Shown here one piece after another: positions 1-13,775 of a DNA stretch of 64,000 bases (position 1 is its first letter; each line of letters starts with the position of its first letter). Source of the stretch: the human T2T-CHM13v2.0 reference genome, Homo sapiens; assembly GCF_009914755.1 (NCBI RefSeq), contig NC_060930.1; one strand, given 5' to 3'. The notes under the pieces are model-generated. The model saw only the letters and a list, made by a program, of their open reading frames with translations, was not told the DNA's origin and did not search any database. Made by a program: the position numbers and the translations under genes.

Positions 1-129
1 ATGGAGTGCTTAAACTTGATTGATTTGATTGAAAGACACAAAGTATCAAACCATTTTTCAGACATATGTCTCAGTGAAATTAAAAAATAAAAAAATTCAT
101 TTTGGTTTAAACCAGAATTTGGTAAACTA

Positions 130-302
130 CAGCACTTTATGTATGTCTGCCTTCATATTACAAAAGCAGAGTGAAGCTGATGCAACATAAATTGTATAAT
201 ATATGCGTACCTATAGGACATCTTTGAATTTGCCTCCTGGCCTACAATGCCTAAAATGTTTACCATATGGATCTCTAGGGCATAGCTTTGCTAACCTCTG
301 GT
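130..302 (+). mobile_element. MER58-like hAT-Charlie DNA transposon fragment
   Basis: tttgcctcctggcctacaatgcctaaaatgtttaccatatgg...tttgctaacctctg resembles the MER58 terminus. Confidence 0.6.
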
Positions 303-1487
303 CTAAATGAAAACATTCATGATTTATTTTCTCCAGCATCTGAAGGCAAAATATGCATCCACCGTATTCCATAAAAAATTATTCATACATGTCTTAAAAC
401 TTGCATATTTTATTTTCTAACCCCCAGCATAAGACAACCATAAATGTGTAGGAACAACAGCCTTAGCCCCAACAACCACAACAGCACCTAACATAATAGG
501 GATTCCATAAATGTTTTGATTAAATAAGTCTTTAAAAATATATGTACATTCTGCATTTTATTTACGATATACTGTCTCTCTATTTTAGAACAAATTTCAT
601 TTTCTCCAATCTTTGAATAAAATAGATGCTTTAGGAAGAATGTACAAGGAGATTTCTAGTACTGCTTAAAGCTCAGGAGAAGAAGCTCAAGAATTTGTCC
701 TGAAGTGTGCAAGTTTTAAAAGAACAAAGCAGCTTTCCCTTCCCCGAAATACATGTTGAAAATATTTCTATCGATAAAGTATATGTATAAATTTGGACAA
801 ATCTATGTCAAACATCTATTATAACCATTACTAATCTGTATTCCAAGCATAAGTGTATTTTAAGTTCTTAAGACATTGATGTTTGTCAATGGTCCTAAGT
901 GTTACTAATTCTGTCGCCTCCAGCAACTCAGCATGTAGAACAGACTATATCATTCAAGGCTAGCCTTCTACAGAACATCCAACCCTGTTCAACTCACGAG
1001 GATCTACATCCTATTCACTTTAACTATAGAGTCAAGACAGATCATTCAAGTGAGCTAAGTGAGAGAGAAGGAATAAGAAGAAAGCACAACCCTTGAAAGA
1101 TTTCAGATAATGAAAATAAACAAGAGCTGTAGAAGTAAGTACAAATCATGCACGTCTCTCATGGCCACTTTTTTTTTTTTTTTGTCAGATATTGCAAAGC
1201 TATGGACCTGGGGAGATGACCTTTAAATCATCTAGCTCAGAATTTGTTCCACAATAAAAAGCTTAAGAAATGTCCATTATTTCCCTCCCTTCTTCTCATT
1301 CATTCTCACTTGGCTTTGTTCTTTTCAGTCTAGGATTCTTATTCATATTTCTACCTAATGTAAAGAGCCAACCAACATTTTTTGGACTGTGAGGGGAAAA
1401 TTTTCTTTTCCATGTACATTTATGAAAAAGAAATTATTTAGAGCCAAATCATCCCATGTTGTATGCAAGAGGCAGACACATCACACC

Positions 1488-1730
1488 AAGAATGAGACTC
1501 TGGAATCAATCTGTCTGGGTTCCAGTCCAGCTGTACCACTTACAAGCTGAATGACCTTGGACAAATTGCTTAACCTCTCTGTGCATCACATTTCTCATCT
1601 CTAAAACTGGAATAGTACTACTTCATAAGCTCGTTGACAGGACTGAATGAGAACATATATGTATAGAACCCTTAAAATTGTGCCTGTATATAGTGAACAC
1701 TCTTTTATCACTACGTGTTATTATTATTAG
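1488..1730 (+). mobile_element. MIR SINE
   Basis: MIR core: ctgggttccagtccagc...tgaccttggacaaattgcttaacctctctgtgc...tttctcatctctaaaa. Confidence 0.8.
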
Positions 1731-2844
1731 CGTTAATGAGAATCAAGCTCTCAGCATGACCCAGGGGTTCTCCAGCTCACCTTCACTGCCTTGTGCATGT
1801 CTTCCATTACACTCTCTACCACTCTGTTCCACAGAGGCCAATATGATATTAGTCCTAAAATGACATTATCCTTGTTATGCTTATCTTTGCTCATGCTGAA
1901 GTGCCTTGTCATTATTCAGTATTCACTTTGCATAACCTATTTTCCATTAAGCTTCCACCTTGCAAAATAGAATGCCACTACATTGTACCCGAAGCCAGAC
2001 ACACACACACCGTTCATTTGTACACACACAGTTCATTTGTACACACACAGTTCATTTCTCTTTTTCCCCTTCCACTTCTAGATTGTGAAGATTTCAAGGG
2101 CAGAGAGAGAGTGTTAGGAACCCTTATGGCCATAACCCCTACCAACTCTCTGTTACATAGAAGACATTTAGAAAATGTATGTTGAATTAAAAAAAGCTTA
2201 AAGACCAGTCATAAAATTTTGATTTCATAAAATTCTACTTAAAGTATAGCCACAGGATTTGGCTCCATGACCTCTTTTGGCAGCAATGCTCACTTATTAT
2301 CATAAACAGCACATAGTACTTGTCATTATTTTTCAAAATTCAATGTCCTTTAATGTCATCTGGTCAGCTGAATTAAGAAGCTTGCTTCTATTAATGGAAT
2401 TCAGTTTTCAATATATCTGAGGTGTTTCTAACAACACCATTCAGAGTTCTCTGAAGCTTCTTTTTAAATAAATAATGCTCCATTTGGTCATTTCTTTGTT
2501 CTTTTATATTTATAGATTGTATAGTGTTTTTCTTAATCATTTGCACTAACTTTAATTCAACAGCAACTGAAAACAATTATATAAAACTAGTGTGTCTCCA
2601 TATTCTTCATCTTTGGTGAATTTTTCCCCAAATTTACTAAAGTATCTTGCATAAAGATCTATATTTTATTATTTAAACTGACCCTTCTCTACAAAAAAAT
2701 TACTCAACAATGATTCAAAAATGATGACTCAATGATGCATTTGTGTTTGTGAAATGACCATACTAATGAATTGGATTTAATACTTTATTCAAATATATCA
2801 AATGTATTGCAAATCCAAACACTTATTTCCACCAAACCTAACAA

Positions 2845-3290
2845 CCACCATTGTCTCTCAATTCAAGGACAGTAATAGCCTTTGAACTGGCTACTGCTTC
2901 CAGGCTTGCCCCTCTATTGTCAACAGAACAGTTGAAGTGATCATTTAAAATTGTATTCAGATCATGCTAGTTCCAAGCCAAAACCTTCTCGTATCCATTG
3001 CACTATAAAGTCTAACTCTTTACAATGGCCTTTGAGGCCCATCAAGACCTGCTGCTGCCTGGCTGTCTTACCCTTCCCCTCACACCCAGAGCACTATGGG
3101 TGTGAGGGGAACTATAGCTACAGGTATACTGGGGTGTTTTTCTTTTTTGTTTGAACATGCAGTGCTTGTTACTGTCGTGGGACTTTGCACTTTGTGTCTA
3201 CTCTCCTTGTAATGCTAGATCTTGAATATAAGGCTGAGTCATTGTCTTCAACTCAAACATGACCTCCTTCATGAAATCTTCCTTTTCTGG
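2845..3290 (+). mobile_element. L2 LINE fragment
   Basis: L2-typical tracts such as taatagcctttgaactgg, cagatcatg and ctctttacaatggcctttgaggccc. Confidence 0.6.
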
Positions 3291-3861
3291 CTGCTTCTCT
3301 TCAGTGGGCCTTTCCATCAGGTGCTGGCAACTCTCAGTCAGTTCTTTCTCAGCTCTGTCTCTTCTAATGGCCTTGCTAATTCAGCCTGCCCTTGATCTTG
3401 GTGCTCAGATTCCTCAGAGTCTCTACTACTTTTCTCTTCTGACATCTGGTTAAAGCTGCGAGCCTCATAAACGTTTTTGGCTGAGCCATTTTGCTCATAG
3501 AAGGCCCATTTATCCCCCTCAACTTATTATCCATATTGCATGATAGCTAAAGGAAACTTGGGATTGCAAAGTGAATCTGTCATGCCACAGGGCCTCCTTG
3601 ACTGCTACTTGGGATCCGCATGTTAGCTTGGGATTACTCAGCACAGTAATGTCCTCCAAAACTTGAAAGCAAAAACCCTGAGCATCCCCTCAACTTAATT
3701 AAGAATTTCAAAAGATACATCCCCTAGAGGATTGGCCTCGACAAGCTGGGAAGAAAAAACAAGAGCGGTGGCAGCCACTTTTCTCTACCATTGAGCTCTT
3801 TCTCTCCACCTATTCTGGCATTTCTCAAAAGAATGCCTGAAGGCTTTTTTCCTATTGTGCA

Positions 3862-4005
3862 TTTTTTAAGGGTATCATTCTGTTGCCAAGGCTGGAGTGC
3901 AGTGGCATGATCATCTATAACCTCAAACTCCTGGGCTCAAGCAATCTTCCCACATCAGCTTCCTGAGTAGCTGGGACTACAGGTATGCACAAATGTGCCT
4001 ATTTT

Positions 4006-4044
<39 letters not shown>

Positions 4045-4169
4045 TTTTTTGTAGAAACAGGGTCTAATTATGTTAGCCAAACTGGTCTTGAACTCCTGCC
4101 CTTAAGAGGTCCTCCTGCCTGGGCCTCCCAAAGTACTGGGATTACAGGCATGAGCGACTGTGCTTGGCC
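3862..4169 (-). mobile_element. AluJ with (TTTA)n expansion in the central linker
   Basis: Diverged antisense Alu (ctcctgggctcaagcaatc, J-type) with a (ttta)n run at about 4003-4049. Confidence 0.9.
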
Positions 4170-4745
4170 TGTTCTTTCTACATGATTTGAAACTCCTTTA
4201 TACAAAATTCCATGCAAACCCAGTCATTTATATTTGTTGGCAAACATTGAGATGAAAAGTAAAAACACTTAGTGAATCATCTTAATGTTTCATCTTTAAG
4301 TTACTAAGCATCTGGGTCTTGGCAAAACATCCAAATAATAAACTCACCCATCAAGCCTGGTCTTGATATAGAGGAAGAAACTGAAGGGCTTTCTAAAGAC
4401 TGATGTTAAACTATACATTAAAATAATGCTTTAAATAACAGAAATTGAGTGTCTCTTTCCCACCTCTACCCCACGGCAGGCAGATGCCTTATCATTGTAG
4501 GCAGAAAGACATGTAGAAAAGCAAAAGAGAAAAACGTACTATCATTATTTGACTGGCTTGGACACAAATATAGGGAATGGAGAAAATGATTTTCTCCCTA
4601 TACATAATAGAAAAAGGGAGATAGAGATAATAAAAACTAAGTTCAAATAAATCATTATCAACAAAAGTAATCAAAAGAGTAGCTCAATTACTTAAGTGTG
4701 ATTTATTCAGCATGCTGAGCCATTAAATTATAACCATGATTTGGG

Positions 4746-4747
<2 letters not shown>

Positions 4748-4784
<37 letters not shown>
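4748..4784. repeat. (CA)n microsatellite
   Basis: About 18 uninterrupted CA units. Confidence 0.95.
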
Positions 4785-4786
<2 letters not shown>

Positions 4787-5334
4787 TCTGAGTTACCAAA
4801 TAGATAAAAGAACTCAGGCCACTTCCTGGCCCTCATTATTTGCTCTCATTCTAGAAATAATTCTAAATCCTTGATTTTTCTGACTTCTCAGCCAAGGTCT
4901 TTTTGAAAGCACCGAATCAGATGTTGGATGGTAAAAACAAAAACAAGAAAACACTGGTACAATGAATTCAAATGTTGTGACAGCAAATAGTAATATATAT
5001 ATGTATATATGACAGATGTTTGGGAGCCAATATATATGGATGTCTATGCCTCTTCTCTAGTTTTTATTTAGTGATTATTTTGATCTTTTATGTGCAGAAT
5101 TATAACCAATACACTGCATACTTTATATGCAATATTGTGTTTGTGGTTTTACTCATTTAACAATCCTAAGATAGCTATACACAGTTTCAACAAAGAAATT
5201 CATTTACTCTATAAAGCATTTTATTATTTTTTCTAATTGGGACTTCTAATAGTATTGAAAGTAGATAGTTAAGCAGAATAGTCTTACAAACAACATCCGG
5301 AAGCCATGTGCAAGTGAAGATTGTAATAAGAAAG

Positions 5335-5490
5335 AGGAGACACTTTGAAGTCAGGTTTGGATTTGACCCACGGCTACCAATACCTCCCAGCTTCTTAATA
5401 TGTACCAGTTATCTGAGTTATCAGAACCTTTTAAAATGAGGAAACTAAAACCTACCTTACAATAATGCTTTCATAATTATATGACAATCA
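5335..5490 (+). mobile_element. MIR fragment
   Basis: Degenerate MIR motifs: ctttgaagtcagg and taaaatgaggaaactaaaacctacctta. Confidence 0.5.
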
Positions 5491-6434
5491 CACACACCCA
5501 CAAAAACACTAAACAAATGTTACAAAATATAGACAAATTTCTTCATTTACAATGTCTTATGCATTTGAGAAAAAGAACAATTAGGTGATATTTGACTTTT
5601 TAAAGACAAGACAGATCCATTTCTTCATACTTGTATTATCTTTAAATGTGTTTGAATCCAATATCAAAATATAAGGGTGAAAAGGTACTAAATTCAGTGG
5701 AAAATTAAATTATTTTTCTTTCAAGCATAGTCCAAGGCTATGTAGAAATCCACAAAGAAATCAGATTGAATTTTGTTTTAAAATCTACTGCTTTAGGAAA
5801 GAAAAAAAATGCAAGTGTTTGAGGGACATAAAATCAGAACATAACGTTGTTTGTGTGTGTGCGCAAGCGTGTGTGCATGGGTGTATGTAATGAGAACAAG
5901 ATGCTTAACAAGTATTTTCGGTTAGTTCTAAGTGTAAGAAGCCCCTTGGGTCTGTCCTATAGCAAAAATGCATTTTTTTGACGGGATAAGCTTATGTAAC
6001 ATACTTCTGGTGGCATTATCTTAAAGAGAAAACTGAATCTGCCCTTTATAATACTTTAAGTTATTCCATAGTTTAAAGATATTTGTTCTTGATTGGGCAA
6101 AACATCCAAATAATAGCATTTACCTCTGTTTATATTAATCATGTATGTTGGCTGACACACATCACCATTAAAATGACAGATGTTTAGGCAAATCATCGAA
6201 TTATTTGATCTTTATATTTCTAAGCATTCAGATAGTTGTATACATCCAGATGATTTAGCAACTTTTTTTGTTTGTTTTTTGTGACATGGGCACAATTTAT
6301 TCTGTAAATGGGAAACTTTAAATATATTTGATTATCGAGATATCTTATACTCACTTTCTTAGAGTTTCAACTATAACCTAGAACATTCATTCTTTTTAAT
6401 GATATTTCCCTTATTATATATTGTAACCATTTAA

Positions 6435-6752
<318 letters not shown>

Positions 6753-6770
6753 TAAAATTTAACAGAAATC

Positions 6771-7069
<299 letters not shown>

Positions 7070-7235
7070 TTAACAGAAATCACAAATAGATATCAACAAA
7101 GAACACAATAATACAGAAAGATTTATGTTTTTAGCATGCATTATTTCTTTTGGATTTCTTTTGGTTATCTAGCTACATATAGAGTACATCCAGTGCATTT
7201 AACTAACATACTACTTTATTTCTCTTTCTCATCAG

Positions 7236-7324
7236 ATTTAGAATGTAATAACTCAAGGATTTGATAATACAGTGAAGTAGTATAACAACTGTCTACGTGC
7301 TTCCCATGATATGTTCTCTATATT
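7236..7324 (+). other. FUT9: Non-coding 5'UTR exon (exon 2, 89 nt) of FUT9
   Basis: Seen: ACTAAC branch point (7202-7207), pyrimidine tract ctttatttctctttctc, CAG acceptor ending 7235, and donor TT|gtaagt at 7325. Recalled: the exon sequence ATTTAGAATGTAATAACTCAAGG...GTTCTCTATATT matches the FUT9 mRNA 5'UTR ending 9 nt before the start codon, and 89 nt fits c.-97..c.-9. Confidence 0.85.
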
Positions 7325-8342
7325 GTAAGTATATATTTACTTTCTCAATCTAGCTTGATTGTGGGAGAAATGTGTTCACTTAGAACTTATAGATGATTTA
7401 TATTGTTTCAGAAAATTTTGAACTAAAACTCATCCAAGTTACAGAATAATTTCAGAAGGTTAGCTTCTATGAGGAGATCTTTTATAAACTTAGTTTTAAC
7501 ATTCTATCAAAGTTAAAGTTAAAAATAATTTTCTGTCATGGTAGGTAGGATAATACATCCATCATGTCTAATCATATTTTAAAATAAATCTTACAGTTAA
7601 TAATCTTAAAATTTCTATATTCTTTTGTTTCCTAGAAAAAAGTAAAAAAAATTAGACATGGAAAATTTTATGTTCTCAATATAATTTGCAATCTAATTTT
7701 GAATTTTGGTCAATTTCTTTTTATATTAGTTATCTTTTGAAAATGGGTTTTAATTTGGGGTAGATAATGCCTGTACCAATAAATCATTCTTACATATGAA
7801 TATAAGAATATATTTACTATATATATTCATATATGTAATTTATTTAATAAGTTAAATAAAAAAAGAAAAGTAGTCTTTGTACAGATATGAACCTCTTACT
7901 GTTCATTTCACATGATTAAAAAATAAGGAAGGAGGTAGAATTCTGGGATACTGTGCTTTGTTTTTGAGTTAAGAAATACTACAAAGCAATAAGTGTTACT
8001 CATGTCAATGAGAAAGAAATAAAACAGCCCAATCCCTTTTCCTTGGATGAAAGCAAGCTATGGACTGGAGTCCATCATGAATCAGTAGTGTCCCTACAAT
8101 TTAAGGCATGTTTAGGGTGTCAGGAGATGCTGTTCCCTAACAACACCTAATACCGTCAGACCTAGAATCGCTTCTCAAGCCTTACTCTCTATTCTCTCCA
8201 GCACTTGTTTTGCTGAAGCTCCTGTCTGAGAATATAAAGCTGTCAGAGAATTGCAGGTGGTGGTGGATAGGTTATTAACATCCCTGTTTCAGAACTCTGA
8301 ATGCATTATGACACAAAATATGATTTAATACATATTTTATAG

Positions 8343-8834
8343 CAGTGCTATCTAATAAAACTATAATGTGAACTGCATATGTTATTTAAATTTTTCTCAT
8401 GGCCACATTTTTTAAAAAGTAAAAAGAAGCAGGTGAAATGAGTCTTAATGATATATTTTATTTATTTAGCCCTGTACATTCCAAATATAGTTATTTTAAC
8501 ATATGACTAATGTAAAGAAAAGAATGAGACAATTTGCATTCTTTTTTTCTCACTAAGTCCTTGAAATCCAGTGTGTACTTATAGCACATCTCAATTCAGA
8601 TACTAAAGTTTTGTTGAATATACTTGATCTATACTTAGACTTCATAAAATTTACAGTTGGAAAAGTAGATTCACAAACCCAAATTGTCCTACAAACATTT
8701 AAAAGTGTTCCAATAACTAAATCAAGTGTCAGTTTTTAAATTTAAATTGATAATCATCTCATCAATGACACTAGCTGTATTTCAAGTGCTCAGCTGTCTC
8801 ATGTGGCTGGTAGTTTCCATACTGGAAACTCTGC
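8343..8834. mobile_element. hAT-Charlie MER33/Charlie5-like element
   Basis: Begins cagtgctatctaataaaactataatg, contains cttgaaatccagtgtgta...gcacatctcaatt, ends ctagctgtatttcaagtgctcagc...catgtggctggtag. Confidence 0.7.
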
Positions 8835-9139
8835 TCCAGGTGACCGCTGATATAATGCTTCGGTTCTGCTACCTAATGAATTTTGAAGGCCAACTTCAGA
8901 CCACATCAAAGGAGCACATGACTTTAAAATTTCAATGACAGAAAAAGTCAAACCCTAAACTTATTACTTAAAATGGATTTTTACAGAACCCCATGTTTAT
9001 GAGAAATTATAGAGAAGAAAATATACCAAATGTGTACTTCTAAGCTATATACATGTTGGAATTTGGGGGCTTTTTGTTTGCTTCCATGTACTTGCTTTGT
9101 TGTAACTAAAGGAATTTGCTGATCACAGCCCTCCTCATT

Positions 9140-10710
9140 ACAATGAGTAAATCAATAGAAAAAAAATCTAACATTTAAAAAAATTGTTCCATCAAACACA
9201 TTCTTAAAAGAATGAAAATATAGGCATCAGACTTGTAAATCATGTATCTGATAAAAGATTTGTATCCATAATATATAAAAAACTCTTAAAACGTAATAAG
9301 AAAGTAAATCTAATTTTCCTGGTAAAATATCTGAGCTTTACCAAAGAAGATGTATGGATGACTAATAAGAATATGAGAAGATGTTCACTAAGGAGATACA
9401 AATGAAAGCCACAGTAAGATGCCAGAACATACCTGTTAAAAATGAATAAATGAATTAAAAATCTAACAATATCAAATATTCATAAGCATGCAGAGCCACA
9501 GAGACTGTCATTCATTACTTTCATTACTGTTGGCAATTCAAAATGGTACAGTCACTTTGGAATGTACAAGTTTCCTATGAAGTTAAATGCTTACTTAATA
9601 TATGATCCAGTGATCCCATTCATAAGTATTTACCCAAGTGAATTGAAAAACATTTTTGACACAAAAAAACAATATGGGAATATTTACAGAAAATTTGATT
9701 TCAATTGCCAAAATGTGGAAATAACTAATATGTTGTCTTCAGCTGGTAAATGAATGAACAGACTGTGGTAAATCTATAAAGGGGAATACTATTCAAATAT
9801 TTTTAAAAGGAAAGTATTGATTTATGCATATCATGGATGAACGTTTTAGTGCATCTTGCTAAGTGAAAGAAGGGAAGCCCAAATGACTGCATATTTAAGA
9901 TATATAATTCAATGTATCTTAAATTCTGAAAAAGCCAAAACATAGAGATGGGAAGCAGATCAGTGGTTGCCCAAGTTAGAGATATATTGAGTTGGAGTTA
10001 TAAGAGGGCTGACTACAAAATCATTGATTACATGAGGAAATTTTAAAGGGGGGTGGAACTGTCCGTGGTGCTGAAAAAATTACTGTGCTCATCAAAACCC
10101 ATAGAACTGTACAACACAATGAGTAAATTCTGCAGCATGCACATTAAAAAAAGAAAGAAAGAAAACAAATAGGATGTATTATCCCAAAATGGGGTGGAAA
10201 CAGTGACAAGTGAACCTAACCATCTTACAAATGTAATATATAAACTTACTGAAGGTGATGCAGTCAAAGGATCTAGCCTATATTTTGGAAAACAGTATTT
10301 TGAAAGGACAAAATCTGCAAAGAATGAGGCTAACTCTAAAAAGAACTATACATAGACATTGTATTTTAGTTGATTTTTTTCAAAGGAGTGCAGGTTAGCA
10401 ATTATGAAAGTACTTTGCATGTATATTAGGGTGGAATGCATAAGTAAATAAATTATAGATATTGGGAGATAGGTTTCACATTGCTAGAGAAAGAAGTTAT
10501 AATCAGCAAGGAGAGATGGCTAAAATTAACCTTGCGTTGCTAGATGAGAGATGTAGATATTAATTTGTGAATCTATTTTTATTTTAAAATACATAGATAC
10601 AGAAATGGGTCTACACACATAACATTTATTAGCTCTATCTACTGAAAAGCTCTAGAAGCAGTGATACCACATTAGCAATTAGCATGCCTCATGCCCAAAT
10701 TTTAGTTTCA
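9140..10710 (+). mobile_element. Old L1M (L1MC-like) 3' portion
   Basis: L1 ORF2-end and 3'UTR motifs: aaatggtacagtcactttggaa, tatgatccagtgatccca, gcagatcagtggttgcc. Confidence 0.75.
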
Positions 10711-11120
10711 TGCTCAGTTTAGAGGTTTCTGTATATACATCATAATGCTTCAATCTTAGAGTGAGCATGGAATGTAGGAAATTCAAATAGAATTCTTTAT
10801 TTAAACACAAGAAAAGTCTCTGAGAATTTAAGTGACTTGCCTAGGATCAGCAGTTTGTAAAGGATGGAGCATCTACATAGAACAATCTTACTTCATTCTT
10901 AATCTTAACTTGTACCACATCAAGAAGTCTACACAATATGGAAATATTCTTATTTGTTAAATTATTTGTTTTCAATTTCCAGAAATAATCAAGCTCTTTC
11001 TCTTAATTTAAATAAAATTCTGGCAAATTTTATATCATTAAAAAACTATTATTCACATTTAAATTCAAAATTTTTACCTGAAATGTCTGTTTCCTGTTGA
11101 GCTTCAAAGTCCCATCTAGA

Positions 11121-11481
<361 letters not shown>

Positions 11482-11533
11482 TCACTTTAAGGAAATCCTA
11501 TGCAAGAACCAAAAAAAAAAGAACTACAAAATA

Positions 11534-12703
11534 CAGTCATGCACTGCATAACATTGCAGGCAATGATTGACCACATGTACATCAGTGGTCCCATTAGATT
11601 ATAATAGAGCTAAACAATTCTTATCTCCTAGTAACTTTGTAGCCATCAGAACTTAGTAGCACACAACTCACATGTTTGTGATGATGCTGGTGTAAACAAA
11701 CTTATTGCACTTCCAGTTGTATAAAAGTGTAGTACGTACTGTACAATTACATAAGGTGCATAACAATGATAATAAACAATTATGTTATAGTTTATGTATT
11801 TACTATATTTTATCATTATTTAGAGTGTACTTCTACTAATTTAAAAAACTTAATTATTAAACAGCCTCAGACAGGTCTTTCAGGAGGTATTCCAGAAGAA
11901 GGGATTGTTATCATAGGAGATGACAGGTCCATGCACGTTATTGCCCCTGAAGACCTCCCAGTGAGACAAGATATGGAGGTAGAAGACAGTGATATTGATG
12001 ATCTTCACCCTGTGTAGACCTAGGCTAAGGTGTGGGTTTGTATCTTAGTTTTTACAAATTTAAAAGGTAAAATAAAAAACAAAAATATTTAAAAATAGGA
12101 AAAAAGCTTATAGAATAAGGATTAAAGAAAGAAATTATTTTGTACAGCTATACAATGTGTTTGTGTTTTAAGCTGTGTTATTATGAAAAAACTCAAAGAC
12201 TTAAAAAATATTTTTTAAGTCTATAAAGTAAAAAAGTTACAATAAGCTAATATTAAATTACTGAAGACAGAAAAACCTTTTTATAGGTTTAATATAGCAT
12301 TTGTACAGTGTTTATAAAGTCTACCGTAGTGTACAGTAATGTCCTAGGCTTTCACATCCACTCACCACTCACTCACTGACTCACCCAGTGCAACTTCCAG
12401 TCCTGCAAGCTCCATTCATGGTAAGTGCTTTATACAGGTGTACGATTTTTTATCTTGTATACAGTATTTTTACTGTACCTTTTCTATGTTTAGATATACA
12501 AATACCATCGTGTTAAAATTTCCTAAAGCATTCAGTATAGTAACATGCTATAAGTTTGTAGCCTAGAAACAATAGCCTAAGTGTGTAGCAGGCAATACCA
12601 TCTAGGTTTGTGTAAGTCCACTCTCTGATGTTTGCACAACAATGAAATCACCTAACATCACATTTCTCAGAACATATCTCCATCTTTAAGTGACACATGA
12701 CTG
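11534..12703. mobile_element. Tigger3 (Golem, Tigger3b-like) non-autonomous DNA transposon
   Basis: TIRs cagtcatg.../...catgactg flanked by TA dinucleotides, about 1.17 kb, internal tcaggaggtattccagaagaagg typical of Tigger3. Confidence 0.85.
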
Positions 12704-13344
12704 TATATAAAGTGTTTTTTACTTCAAAATAATTATGTCTCACAAAAGCATTCATCATGTATTTTCTTAAATAACAATGTTCCCTGCTGCAATTTTGTTA
12801 GATTTATACATAGTATCTCAGAGGAAATAAAGTCATTTTATAAAGCCAAGCTAACCTGCCATCCTTTCCTTTAATACCTTCATCACTATGCCCATCTGCT
12901 GCAATTTTTATAAGTAAGTGTGATCTCATAATCCACACAGTTTTAATATGAAGAAAATTTATAGCATACTCTTACTAATCAATAAATCAAGCTTTCTCCC
13001 TATTGCTTTCCAATCACAATGATGACTTCTAAGGGAGCTTATTTTATTAGGTAATTTGAAAATACTTTACTAGGCTATTTGAGGAACTTCTTGAATATGA
13101 GGGGGTTATTAACAATAAAAGAAGATACACCCAATAGAGAAACAATTTCTATACCTTCAAATAATAGTACAGTAGGTATAGGAGGCAAATGCAAAATCAG
13201 TGTGATCCATTATATATTTAACCCTCATTTGTTATCTGTTACAATGCATAAATATGTTTTGAAAAGAATATTATCAAATCTATTTGAATTTTCTACCATA
13301 TTTAATGTTCAGAATTCTCATTATTTTATTTTTTTCTGATTTAA

Positions 13345-13775
<431 letters not shown>

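Noticed and set aside
11766-12017. ORF with an acidic tail (EVEDSDIDD)
   Set aside because: Lies inside Tigger3; a remnant of the transposase C-terminus in a non-autonomous element.
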